Shown: positions 30,000 to 39,745 of the stretch, one piece after another
Numbering within the stretch: position 1 is the stretch's first letter
Layout of the letters: each line of letters starts with the position of its first letter
NCBI GenBank assembly: GCA_965198225.1
Contig: CBDAOY010000007.1
Span: 990,045-1,054,044 of the forward strand
From: Terriglobia bacterium
GTDB lineage: Bacteria; Acidobacteriota; Terriglobia; 20CM-2-55-15
Direction: 5' to 3'
DNA: 64,000 nucleotides
The notes under the pieces: generated by a model
Databases searched by the model: none
Seen by the model: only the letters and a program-made list of their open reading frames with translations
What the model was told of the DNA's origin: nothing
Position numbers and translations under genes: made by a program

Positions 30000-31034
30000 A
30001 TGAACGAGGCTACGCTACTTTCGGTCCGATCACTAAGGACCTACTTCGAAACCGAGGACGGTACCGTCAGGGCGGTCGACGGTATCGATTTCGACCTCGC
30101 CTGCGGACGGACGCTCGGTATCGTCGGAGAATCCGGGTCCGGGAAGTCGGTCACCAACCTTTCGATCATGCGCCTGATCCCGTCGCCACCAGGTCGCATC
30201 GCTTCGGGCGAGATCGACTTCGACGGCCGGGATCTCCTGTCCCTGTCTGAGGAGGACATGCGCGGCGTTCGCGGCGATCGCATCGCGATGATCTTCCAGG
30301 ACCCTATGACTTCGTTGAACCCGTTCATGCGGATCTCGGACCAGCTCATGGAAGTGACCCGCCTCCACCTCGGGCACGGCAGGGCCGAGGCGCTCGAACA
30401 CGCGGTCGGAATGTTGGAGCTGGTCGGTATTCCGGATGCGCGCGAACGCGCGGGGAACTATCCACACGAGTTTTCCGGAGGAATGCGCCAACGCGTGATG
30501 ATAGCGATGGCATTATCGTGCGAGCCGAAACTGCTCATCGCCGACGAGCCAACGACGGCTCTGGACGTCACGATTCAGGCGCAGATTCTCGAACTGATCC
30601 GAAAACTGAAACGGGAGACAGGCACGAGCGTCATCCTGATCACCCACGACCTCGGCGTTGTAGCCGGTATGACCGACGACATCGTGGTCATGTACGCCGG
30701 CAAGGTCTTTGAACAGGCGCCGACACGCAGGCTGTTTGCCAATCCGGCCAATCCGTACACCGAAGGGTTGTTGCGCTCGGTCCCTGGACCGTCGTCGAAC
30801 GGCGGGGAGCTGTACCAGATTCCTGGTCTGCCTCCCGACCTCACGCGGCTCGGACCCGGCTGTCCGTTCGCGCCCCGATGCGACAGGGCGCAAGAGATCT
30901 GCAACAGCGAATTCCCGCCCTTCGTGGAACTCGGGCCCGACCATCACTCGCTGTGTCACTTCGCCGCCGAGGTTTACGCCGCGAACGGCGGGAGACAATA
31001 TGACGCCGGCTCGCCGTCCGAAACCGGTGATTGA
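30000..31034 (+). CDS. oppD: Peptide ABC transporter ATP-binding protein
   Basis: 344 aa; [18 protein letters not shown]-terminal oligopeptide ATPase extension. Confidence 0.9.
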   Translation: MNEATLLSVRSLRTYFETEDGTVRAVDGIDFDLACGRTLGIVGESGSGKSVTNLSIMRLIPSPPGRIASGEIDFDGRDLLSLSEEDMRGVRGDRIAMIFQDPMTSLNPFMRISDQLMEVTRLHLGHGRAEALEHAVGMLELVGIPDARERAGNYPHEFSGGMRQRVMIAMALSCEPKLLIADEPTTALDVTIQAQILELIRKLKRETGTSVILITHDLGVVAGMTDDIVVMYAGKVFEQAPTRRLFANPANPYTEGLLRSVPGPSSNGGELYQIPGLPPDLTRLGPGCPFAPRCDRAQEICNSEFPPFVELGPDHHSLCHFAAEVYAANGGRQYDAGSPSETGD

Positions 31035-32122
31035 GAGACATGGCTGAAAGCGCAACAGGACCGGACGTGGCCCACAACGGAACGCTTCTCTCGATCCGGG
31101 ATCTCAAGGTGCATTTCGATCTGGGCGGCGGAACCCTGTGGGATAGGGCCACAGGGGGGAGTCCGGTCCGGCGCGTCGTCAAGGCTGTCGACGGTGTGAC
31201 CATCGACATCCGCGCCGGCGAGACCCTGGGCCTGGTCGGAGAATCCGGATGCGGCAAGTCCACCCTCGGGCGTGCGCTGCTACGTTTGGAAGAGCCGACT
31301 GCCGGCGCGGTCGTTTTTCGCGGAGTGGACCTCCGCGGCCTGGCGCCGGCCGCGATGCGCGAGCAGCGGCGTCATCTGCAGATGATTTTCCAGGATCCGT
31401 ACGCGTCCCTGAACCCGCGCATGACGGTCGGGCAGATCGTCTCGGAGCCGATCGAGACCTTCGGACTGGCATCCGGCGCGGAAAAGGCCGGCCGGGTGAA
31501 TGAGCTGATGGAAACGGTCGGGCTCAGCCAGAGGTTCGTCAAGCGGTACCCGCACGAGTTCTCCGGCGGACAGCAACAGCGCATCGGCATCGCGCGCGCA
31601 CTGGCGGCCAATCCTGATTTCATTGTCGCCGACGAGCCCATATCGGCCCTGGACGTGTCGATCCAGGCGCAGATCATCAACTTGATCGAGCGGTTGCGCC
31701 GGGAACGAAACCTGACATACCTGTTCATCTCACACGATCTCCGCGCTATCCGGCACACTGCCGATCGCGTCGCGGTGATGTATCTGGGAAAGCTCGTCGA
31801 GCTGGGTGACGCCGAGACTCTCTACAACGACCCGCTCATGCCGTACACGAAGGCGCTGATCTCGGCGGTTCCCATTCCCGACCCCGAACGGGAGTTGGCG
31901 CGCGAGCGTGTCGTGCTGGAAGGTGACGTTCCGTCCCCCATCAACCCGCCCTCTGGCTGTCGCTTCCACACCCGCTGTCCTTATGCCATCCACGCTTGCA
32001 GGGAGAACGTGCCTGAGCTCGTCGAAATCAAGCCGGACCACATGGCCGCGTGCATCCGGATCAGTTCCGAGCAGCCCGACATCGACGGGGTTGCGCCTGA
32101 TTCGGCCCCGGGACTTGGTTGA
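31031..32122 (+). CDS. oppF: Peptide ABC transporter ATP-binding protein
   Basis: 363 aa; [24 protein letters not shown]; ATGA overlap with oppD. Confidence 0.9.
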   Translation: MRDMAESATGPDVAHNGTLLSIRDLKVHFDLGGGTLWDRATGGSPVRRVVKAVDGVTIDIRAGETLGLVGESGCGKSTLGRALLRLEEPTAGAVVFRGVDLRGLAPAAMREQRRHLQMIFQDPYASLNPRMTVGQIVSEPIETFGLASGAEKAGRVNELMETVGLSQRFVKRYPHEFSGGQQQRIGIARALAANPDFIVADEPISALDVSIQAQIINLIERLRRERNLTYLFISHDLRAIRHTADRVAVMYLGKLVELGDAETLYNDPLMPYTKALISAVPIPDPERELARERVVLEGDVPSPINPPSGCRFHTRCPYAIHACRENVPELVEIKPDHMAACIRISSEQPDIDGVAPDSAPGLG

Positions 32123-32130
32123 GAAATTCC

Positions 32131-32400
32131 TGTCTGAAAAGTTTTGGGTAAGTAGACACCCGAGGACAGGGCTATACCCCTGTCCCCCTCACATTGGCTC
32201 TTTCACGGACTTTTCGCGTAGCGACCGGAAAACCCTCTGTGCCTCCGCGCCTTTGCGGTGAGATCGCCGCTCTGAAGAGTTCTGCGTAAGCAGACACCCG
32301 GGGACAGGGCTATACCCCTGTCCCCCTCACATTGGCTCTCTCACGGACATCCCGCGTAACGACAGGAAAACCCTCCGTGCCTCCGCGCCTCCGTGGTTAG
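32131..32400. repeat. Tandem direct repeat, 2 x ~138 bp, filling the convergent intergenic gap; each unit has hairpin GGACAGGGCTATACCCCTGTCC
   Basis: Unit 1 ~32131-32268, unit 2 ~32269-32400, ~90% identical; third inverted copy at 22340-22440. Confidence 0.7.
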
Positions 32401-33713
32401 TCTTCTTTCATCACCAGTGTTTTTGCGTGTTTCGAGCGGAACAGGTAGGCCACGTAGCCGAGGGTGAGCGTGGCGATTCCGGTCAGAGTCGAGATCGGTT
32501 GGGACTGGATGCTCCACACGGTGATCCAGAGGGCAAAGATCGTGAAGATCAGCGGCGGGATGGGGTAGCCGATACAGATGCGGTGAGTGGAGCGGCCGGA
32601 TCGGCGGAGGCGGAACAGGCTGATCACCGTCAGCGCCGCAAAAATGTTCAGAGTGAAACCGATGTAGATCAGCAACGCGGTGAACGACGACGTCAGCGCA
32701 ATCAGCACCGCAAGGGTTGCCTGGAAGAACACGGCGAAACTGGGGACATTCCGATGATTGAGTCTGCCGAAACGCTCGGGAAGAAACCCGTCCCGGGCCA
32801 TGGCCTCGGCGACGCGCGGGCCGGTCAGGAGCATGGCGCTGATCGGAGCGATCAGGGTCACGGCGATCAAGGTCGACACGAGCCGCCCGCCCTCGGGTCC
32901 CCAGACGGTCCTCGCGACGAGGTAGCCGACTTCTTCGACGCCGGAGAGTTCCTCGAGTCCTACGGATCGCAAAAAGGAAAGGTTGACGAGAAAATACAGG
33001 AGCGTGACGCCGCCCGCGCCCCATAGCAAAGAGCGAGGCAGGTTGCGCTCCGGCCGATCGATCTCCGTCCCGATGTATGCCGCAGCATTCCAACCGCTGT
33101 AGGCGAACGAGATGAACACAAGAACGACCGCGAACGACGACGAGGTCCAGAATCCGGGATTGAACGTCAGGGGGGACCCCGACCTGACGTCCGGTCCGGC
33201 GAAGAGGATGCCGAACACGAACGCCAGGAGCAGGAGCACCTTGATGGCGATCATGATGGTCTGTACCCGGCTTCCGAGTTTCAGATCATATGCGTGGAGC
33301 AGGGCGAGCAACAGAATCGTTCCCGCCGCCATCCCCCGGACGGGCCAGTTCGGCAAAATGGTGCCGACGTAGAGATGCATGGCCATGGCCGATGCTGCGA
33401 TCGGGGCGGCAAACCCGACGATCAGGGAAACCCAGCCGGAAATGAAACCTGCGGCCGGGTGGAGAAGCCGGCTCAGATAATGGTATTCGCCGCCCGAGGC
33501 CGGGAAGTGTGCACCGATCTCCCCGTAACAGAGGGCGCCGCACAGGGCGATTGCGCCGCCGACCAGCCACCCGAGGAGAATGTCGCCGCCTTCGGCACCC
33601 ATGGACACCATCAACCCGGTCGTCGTGAAGATGCCGGTGCCGATCATGCTCGAGACGACGATCGCCGAAGCCGGTATCGCGCCCAGAACACGGCGGTTTT
33701 CGGTGTCTCTCAC
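32397..33713 (-). CDS. APC-family amino acid permease
   Basis: 438 aa; 12 TM, APC signature. Confidence 0.85.
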   Translation of the reverse strand: MRDTENRRVLGAIPASAIVVSSMIGTGIFTTTGLMVSMGAEGGDILLGWLVGGAIALCGALCYGEIGAHFPASGGEYHYLSRLLHPAAGFISGWVSLIVGFAAPIAASAMAMHLYVGTILPNWPVRGMAAGTILLLALLHAYDLKLGSRVQTIMIAIKVLLLLAFVFGILFAGPDVRSGSPLTFNPGFWTSSSFAVVLVFISFAYSGWNAAAYIGTEIDRPERNLPRSLLWGAGGVTLLYFLVNLSFLRSVGLEELSGVEEVGYLVARTVWGPEGGRLVSTLIAVTLIAPISAMLLTGPRVAEAMARDGFLPERFGRLNHRNVPSFAVFFQATLAVLIALTSSFTALLIYIGFTLNIFAALTVISLFRLRRSGRSTHRICIGYPIPPLIFTIFALWITVWSIQSQPISTLTGIATLTLGYVAYLFRSKHAKTLVMKED

Positions 33714-33783
33714 GTCCAGGGAATCCTACCAGACTTGCCACGCGGGCCAGATGAAATGATGTAATACGAGTGAGGTCTGTTCG

Positions 33784-34683
33784 ATGCGTGTCTGTTACGG
33801 TCCCGGCTACACCATCCCTCTGCCGCACACCCATCCGTTTCCGATGGGCAAGTACGAGGCGCTCTACCGGATTCTGATCGAAGAGGGCTTGATCGTTCCC
33901 GCCGACGCGCACGATCCCGGCGAAGCGGATTGGAGCGACCTGGCCTTGGTGCATACCTACCAGTACCTCGATACGCTCCGCCGAGGCAGTCTCGACAGGG
34001 ATGCTGAACGGCGTCTGGGTCTGCCGTTTTCCGAAGTTCTTCTACGCCGCTCGCGCCTGGCCGTCCAGGGTACGATCGACGCCGGACAGTTTGCCCTCGA
34101 GGAAGGAATCGCAGCCAACCTGGCCGGCGGCACCCACCACGCGTTTCCGGGCCACGGTGAAGGCTACTGCCTGCTGAACGACGTCGCCGTCGCCGTGCGG
34201 GTCTTGAAACGCTCGAAGGCAATCGAGAACACCCTGGTGGTGGATCTGGACGTACATCACGGGAACGGCAGTGCCAGCATCTTTGCCGAGGACCCATCGA
34301 CCTTCACGTTGTCGATCCACGGCGCGAAGAATTACCCGTGGGTGAAACCTCCCTCCTCGATCGATGTGGCGCTTCCGGACGGGACCGGAGACGAAGAATA
34401 TGTCACAGCGCTCGTCAGCCACCTGGATACCGCGGTATCAGAGTCCTGCCCGGACCTGATCTTCTACCTGGCCGGCGTTGACGCCGCGGCCGGAGATCGT
34501 TTCGGCCGGCTCTCGCTCAGTCCGGAAGGCCTGCGTCGGAGGGACCGCTACGTTCTGGATGCTGCGAGACGTCACGGCATTCCGATCACGCTCCTGCTCT
34601 CGGGGGGGTATGCGAAAACGCCGCAGATGACTGCCGAGTTGCATGCCATCGTTCATCGTGAACGGTGCGCCGTCTACGGGTGA
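33784..34683 (+). CDS. Histone deacetylase-family protein (AcuC/HDAC-like)
   Basis: 299 aa; HHGNG and D..H zinc-site motifs. Confidence 0.85.
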   Translation: MRVCYGPGYTIPLPHTHPFPMGKYEALYRILIEEGLIVPADAHDPGEADWSDLALVHTYQYLDTLRRGSLDRDAERRLGLPFSEVLLRRSRLAVQGTIDAGQFALEEGIAANLAGGTHHAFPGHGEGYCLLNDVAVAVRVLKRSKAIENTLVVDLDVHHGNGSASIFAEDPSTFTLSIHGAKNYPWVKPPSSIDVALPDGTGDEEYVTALVSHLDTAVSESCPDLIFYLAGVDAAAGDRFGRLSLSPEGLRRRDRYVLDAARRHGIPITLLLSGGYAKTPQMTAELHAIVHRERCAVYG

Positions 34684-34704
34684 CCCAGACCGCTGCGGAG
34701 CATC

Positions 34705-34979
34705 CTAGTGACCTGTAACAGTGCTATCGGTACCAGCGTTCGGCGGAACGGCGTCGGATTCTAGGAGTGACGCTCGAGCCAATGCTGTTTCATTGCGAGG
34801 GCGTTGCGACACCGAAGACGGCGCCGTTCCGCCGAACCCTTCGGGCCGATGGGGGTTGCGGGCGATCTCTTTGTCGGAAGCCGTCACCGATGAAAGAGCA
34901 TCGCTTTCCGTCTCCCTCCTCGACCTCGCCCGCAAGACCCATCGGCGATGGTGCCGATAGCACTGCTACAGGCCACTAG
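34705..34979. mobile_element. MITE copy 2 (267 bp), same orientation as copy 1, CTAG target duplications
   Basis: ~98% identical to 25418-25684 (4-5 substitutions); CTAG on both flanks. Confidence 0.75.
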
Positions 34980-35073
34980 GGTCCTTCTGGTTGTGGTACC
35001 TCGCCGTCCGCTTGCTATAATTGCGACTCTCCAGTCACCCAGAGAAGCGTATGCCGTTCGGCAGGTTGTCAGG

Positions 35074-36888
35074 ATGGAAGAAGAGAAGCTCGACGAAATC
35101 TTGAAAGGACAGGACGAAGCGCCCGTCGTCGAAGAGAAGCTGCGCACGCCGATGACGATTCTCTTCAGCGACATCAAGGGGTCGACCGCGTACTTCGAAC
35201 GGTATGGCGACGTCGAAGGGCTCGCGATGGTCCAGCGCCACAACGATCTCCTGTTTCCCTGCGTCGAGAACAACCACGGTCGGATCATCAAAACGATCGG
35301 CGATGCGATCATGGCGCTTTTCAACAATCCTGTTGATGCCATGAAGGCGGCAGCCGCCATGCAGCGCTCACTGTTCGACGACCGGAGCAACCGGTCGGAA
35401 TCGCAACGGGTCCACATCCGCATCGGCCTTCACACCGGCTTGGGATTGATGCAGGACAACGACGTGTTCGGCGACGTCGTCAACGCCTCGGCCAGGGTAC
35501 AGAGCCAGTCCGAACCCGACCAGATACTGATCACCGACAGCCTGCTGCATGCCGCCGAGACGGCCGGCATGCAGGTGGGTAAGCTCGGGCGGGCCCGGAT
35601 GAAGGGTAAGGATGAGCCGATCGACATCTACGCGGTGGCCTGGTCCGGGTGGGCGACCCAGCAGTTGATCGACGAGCTGCAGAGGAAGTTCGACGGTGCG
35701 TTGAGGGGGGCGAAAGAGAGACACAAGGCCCTGGAGGAAGAATTCGACGCCGCCCGCGACGGGTGGCGTGATGAACGGCGCCGTCTAAACGCCGAAGTCG
35801 AGCGCCTCGAGGAAGGTGCTCTCGACGCGATGGAAACGGCGCGAAACCAGGTATCCGAAGAGTTCCAGAAACAGCACCAGTTCAAGCAGGAAGCGACCGA
35901 CAAGGCCCGCGGGCAGGCCGAGGAGGATCTCAAAGGCACTCAGGAACGATTCGAGGCCGAGCGCGTCTCACTGAAGGCTCAGATCGCCAACCTGGAGGGG
36001 CGCCTCGTCGAAGCGATGGAGCGGAGCAACAACCCTGCGCGGGCTGCGACCCAGATTCGAGAACAGGTTCAAACGCGGTTGGACCAGGCCAAGAAGGAAT
36101 GGCAAGCCCAGTGGGAAGTCGAGCGGAAAAGGCTGGAAGCCGAGATCGAGAATGCAAAGACTGCCGGTCAGCCCAAGGATCCGATGGCCGAGGCGCGCCG
36201 GTTGATGATGGAGAAAATCAAGGCCAAACAGGAGGGCCGGGAGCCGGGCACACCGGGCGCCGAACTGGCCGCTGCGAAGGAAAAAGCGGAGAAAGAGCGT
36301 GACGAACTGCAGGCTCGCGTCGCGGGTCTCGAAAAAGAGGTCCAGAATGCCGAGGAAATAATCCGCCAGGAGGTTTACAACGACCTGCGTCACAAGTACG
36401 ACCAGAAGCTCGAGGCCGCGGATCGGATCAAGAAGCAACTTCAGCACGAAGTCCAGTCGCTCTCCGAGCAGCTCCAGGGCGAACGGGAGTCGCTTTCAGC
36501 GAGAATCAATCAGCTCGAAGCGGATGTGTCCGAGGCTGAGAACGCAGCCCGCGTCCAGGCGTCGGCTGAGGTCCGTTCCGACTACGAAAGCAAACTCGAC
36601 GACGCGGAGCGCGCGCGCTCCCGGCTGGAACGCCGCCGTCAGGAAGCCGTCGAAGAGATGGAACTGGAACGTTCCCGCCTGGAGAAACAGGTGAAGACCC
36701 TCGAGGCCGGCGTGCAGGAGGCCCGTGAAATGGCCTTCAAACGATCAAGCGATCCGACGATCGAGGAGCTCAACCGGTTGAGGCATCACCTGGAAGAAGA
36801 ATTTCGCGAGAAGACCGCTGCGTGGGAAGACGAGAAGCGCCACCTGCTGGAAAAGATTGCCCGCCTCGAAAACCCTGAAGGCGATTGA
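35074..36888 (+). CDS. Class III adenylate/guanylate cyclase (CHD) with ~430-aa C-terminal coiled-coil
   Basis: ILFSDIKGSTAY...IKTIGDAIMALF...IRIGLHTG; ORF-track start 34948 lies inside the MITE, ATG at 35074 more likely. Confidence 0.8.
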   Translation: MEEEKLDEILKGQDEAPVVEEKLRTPMTILFSDIKGSTAYFERYGDVEGLAMVQRHNDLLFPCVENNHGRIIKTIGDAIMALFNNPVDAMKAAAAMQRSLFDDRSNRSESQRVHIRIGLHTGLGLMQDNDVFGDVVNASARVQSQSEPDQILITDSLLHAAETAGMQVGKLGRARMKGKDEPIDIYAVAWSGWATQQLIDELQRKFDGALRGAKERHKALEEEFDAARDGWRDERRRLNAEVERLEEGALDAMETARNQVSEEFQKQHQFKQEATDKARGQAEEDLKGTQERFEAERVSLKAQIANLEGRLVEAMERSNNPARAATQIREQVQTRLDQAKKEWQAQWEVERKRLEAEIENAKTAGQPKDPMAEARRLMMEKIKAKQEGREPGTPGAELAAAKEKAEKERDELQARVAGLEKEVQNAEEIIRQEVYNDLRHKYDQKLEAADRIKKQLQHEVQSLSEQLQGERESLSARINQLEADVSEAENAARVQASAEVRSDYESKLDDAERARSRLERRRQEAVEEMELERSRLEKQVKTLEAGVQEAREMAFKRSSDPTIEELNRLRHHLEEEFREKTAAWEDEKRHLLEKIARLENPEGD

Positions 36889-36963
36889 ATACGACCATCC
36901 GAATCCCTCCTTCGCGCGTCTAACCAGTTGACGCACCAGAAACGGTCAGCCACGGTGAGAGAT

Positions 36964-37194
36964 ATGGTCAAGAATTTCATCCCGAACTGCGACCTGTGCG
37001 GTCGAGAGATTCCCGAAGGGAAGTACCCGCAACGAAGGGTGCCGACGAACGGGATCGAACTGTTGATCGTGCTCCTGGAGAATTCCGATCCGGAACTGGA
37101 ACTGCGGGAAAACGAAGACGGGACCGTCGACCTGGACACGTGTCTGGACTGCTACACGCGGATGGCTTTTTCGCATAGCCACGCGGTGAATTAA
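36964..37194 (+). CDS. Small zinc-ribbon protein (CxxC..CxxC), hypothetical
   Basis: MVKNFIPNCDLCG...CLDCY; GGTGAGAG RBS; alternative start at 36928. Confidence 0.4.
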   Translation: MVKNFIPNCDLCGREIPEGKYPQRRVPTNGIELLIVLLENSDPELELRENEDGTVDLDTCLDCYTRMAFSHSHAVN

Positions 37195-37484
37195 GTGTGG
37201 GTGCGCTCTATATGAGCGCACATCGTTTCGGCTCAAAGAATGTGCGGTCATAGACCGCAGCTACACCTATCGCAAATTGCGATATTTGAAAGAATCCACA
37301 TTGCAGGTTGCTCATTGGAGATTGTTTCATTTTAGATTTCCGACCAATAAGAAATCGAGCAATTTGCAATCTCCAAATTTCCAATGCGGAATCGTCCAAT
37401 GACCAATCTGCAATAGCTGTCAGACGAGGTCCCAGCCACCTCCCTCGATCGAGTAGAATGTGCGGTCATAGAGCGCACCTACAC
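37195..37484. repeat. ~290-bp AT-rich element bounded by ~29-bp inverted repeats (GTGTGGGTGCGCTCTATATGAGCGCACAT / ATGTGCGGTCATAGAGCGCACCTACAC), MITE-like
   Basis: Terminal IRs plus internal extra IR-R copy at 37240-37270; AT-rich core related to 23130-23250. Confidence 0.55.
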
Positions 37485-37489
37485 TTCCA

Positions 37490-38305
37490 CTAATTTCCCC
37501 TCCGAATATAAATATTTCCGTTGAACGTGGTGAGCTGGAACTCCGGTCCGCCGCCGTTGATGTTGCCCGTGATCGTCTTGTCGATTCGGATTCGGCTACG
37601 GTCGCCGCGCGATTCGTCGATGACTTCCTGCGTTCCGCCGGACTGCCGCTCGATCTCGAAGTCGCTGTAGATCTCTCCGTTGTCGGTCTTCATCTTGATC
37701 GTGGCGTTGACGTTGCCGGGGAGCGTGACGTCGATTTCACCGTTGAGGGTACTGAAAGACATCGGTGTGTCGGGGGTGACGCTCGTGAACGTGACCACGA
37801 CCTCGCCGTTCAAAGCGTTCGCGATGGCCGATCCGCCGATGTTCGTCAGCCGTACTGCGCCGTTGGTGTTGTCGACCTCGATCTCGCCGCGAACATCGGA
37901 CACCACGATATCGCCTCCGCTGACCGTGTCCAGCTCCAACGAGGTGTCGAAGGGAACCCGGAGCCTCACGTTCGTGACACGGGACATCGCGCTGCTTTCG
38001 ATCGTCATCACGTTGTTCCGTTCTTCTACTTCCAGCCCGGTCGACAGGTTCGGAATTCGTCGCAGGCCGCGTGCCCTGGGAGGTGCCTCTCGCCGCGATT
38101 CAGAATCCTGCCCGGCGGCCTCGATCACGACGTCGGAACCGTCGTAGCCCTCGACGGTGATCCCTCCCATGAGGATATCGGCGACGACGCGTCCCGGACG
38201 TGATGGGTCGGAAAACGGAAGCGTGATCTGTTCCTGCGCCGCTACGGGCAGCGCCGTGGCGAGGAGCAACGGGATGATCACAGTTGCGAGATTGGCTTTG
38301 TTCAT
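37490..38305 (-). CDS. DUF4097-like beta-strand repeat protein, secreted (paralogue of 16590-17387)
   Basis: 271 aa; signal peptide; VNG/TNG repeat pattern; last gene of ECF sigma operon. Confidence 0.75.
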   Translation of the reverse strand: MNKANLATVIIPLLLATALPVAAQEQITLPFSDPSRPGRVVADILMGGITVEGYDGSDVVIEAAGQDSESRREAPPRARGLRRIPNLSTGLEVEERNNVMTIESSAMSRVTNVRLRVPFDTSLELDTVSGGDIVVSDVRGEIEVDNTNGAVRLTNIGGSAIANALNGEVVVTFTSVTPDTPMSFSTLNGEIDVTLPGNVNATIKMKTDNGEIYSDFEIERQSGGTQEVIDESRGDRSRIRIDKTITGNINGGGPEFQLTTFNGNIYIRRGN

Positions 38306-38360
38306 GGTCTTCTTCCTTCGAGGCAGAATCGCCGCATTCTCCTCTAATCGTGACGAGTGA

Positions 38361-39179
38361 TCACAAGTTCAGTTGATCGAGCCCCCACGCGGCGCGTTCG
38401 CGCACGCTTTCATGGACGGCTCCGTTCTGCCTCAGTTGTTCGAAAACCCCGATAGACCGCTGCTCCCGGATGTCGACCAGAAAATTGATCAATGAGATCT
38501 GGACCAGTGGCGACTCCTGCCGGGCCAGGGAATTCAAAACCCCCTCCCGAACGGAGGGCGTGTCGCTGAATTCCACGAGAGCATCGATGACGGCGAGCCT
38601 CACGTTCACGTTGGGGTCGTAGTTCAGCGTGCTCAACAGGGAAGTCAGGATCTCTTGGTTCGGTCGAGCGATTTGCGAAGTCCAGTTCACGCCACGCAGG
38701 CGCTGGCTGGCCGATTGCTGTTCGAGAAGGGAGAGGGCGACGAGCTGTCTGAGGCTCTGGACTTCTCCCTCCAGAGTGCGCAGGTCCCCGTTCGGAGCCT
38801 CTGTCACCATGAACTGCGTACCAACGACGAGTCCGACGACGAGAAGCGTCAGTGCCGAACCGAGCTGAACCAGCGGTTGGCTGGGCCACCATCCCGCTAT
38901 CCACTCATTGAGAGATTCGTGCCATCGCGGTCCTGGATGGGCGTTGGCCAGGCCTTCCTCGTAAGCCTCCAACATGGCTTCGAAACGGGCTCGAACTTTG
39001 GGTGAAGGTTCCTCCGTCGGGATCGAACCGAGCTTCGTCCAGATGCCCCTGAGGCTATCCGCCTCCTGCTGGCATGCCGAGCAGGTGTTCCAGTGAGTCT
39101 GGAGGGCTGTCTTGGAGAGCTCATCCAGACTATCGGTCAGATAATCGGGGAGTTTTTCTCTTACTTTTGCGCATTCCAT
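38361..39179 (-). CDS. Anti-sigma factor (zf-HC2 N-terminal domain, single TM)
   Basis: MECAKVREKLPDYLTDSL...H..C..CQ N-terminal zinc-finger; overlaps sigma gene by 19 nt. Confidence 0.7.
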   Translation of the reverse strand: MECAKVREKLPDYLTDSLDELSKTALQTHWNTCSACQQEADSLRGIWTKLGSIPTEEPSPKVRARFEAMLEAYEEGLANAHPGPRWHESLNEWIAGWWPSQPLVQLGSALTLLVVGLVVGTQFMVTEAPNGDLRTLEGEVQSLRQLVALSLLEQQSASQRLRGVNWTSQIARPNQEILTSLLSTLNYDPNVNVRLAVIDALVEFSDTPSVREGVLNSLARQESPLVQISLINFLVDIREQRSIGVFEQLRQNGAVHESVRERAAWGLDQLNL

Positions 39180-39745
39180 GACTTTTTCTCACCTGCAATC
39201 CTGAAATAGACCTTCCTCAGTTCCTGCGTTGCCCGGAAGACTCGAACCTTGACGGTTCCGGTGTCGCAGCCCATGACCTCGCCGATCTGATCGTATTTCA
39301 TGTTCTGAAACCGGCTCAGAATCAACACCTCGCGCTTCTCGTCGGGAAGATCCGCCAGAGCCCGTCGCAACAGCGCGGCCTCCTGCTTTTTCCCAAGGTC
39401 CTCGGGCGCGACCGACGGGCTCATCACCTCCAGCAGCGTGTCTTCGAAGTAGTACTCCCGCTTGTGCTTGTTGAGGTGGTCGATCCGGGCGTTCCGCGCG
39501 ATGTGGTACATCCACGTCGTGAACCGGCTGCTGGCTCGAAACGTAGCACGGTACTTCAGAATCCGGAAGAAGACGTCTTGAACGAGATCCTCGCTCACTT
39601 CGCGGCTGCCGGTCATCCGGATGAAGAAGTCGAACAGCTTCCTGTGATTCCGGTCAAACAGCACCCCCAGCTTGGCCACCTGCCCCTTGCTCACGTCGAG
39701 CATCAGGGCATCATCGCTGACGGAACTGACTTCCTGCGCCTTCAT
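39161..39745 (-). CDS. ECF-family RNA polymerase sigma-70 factor
   Basis: 194 aa; sigma-2 and sigma-4 regions. Confidence 0.85.
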   Translation of the reverse strand: MKAQEVSSVSDDALMLDVSKGQVAKLGVLFDRNHRKLFDFFIRMTGSREVSEDLVQDVFFRILKYRATFRASSRFTTWMYHIARNARIDHLNKHKREYYFEDTLLEVMSPSVAPEDLGKKQEAALLRRALADLPDEKREVLILSRFQNMKYDQIGEVMGCDTGTVKVRVFRATQELRKVYFRIAGEKKSWNAQK

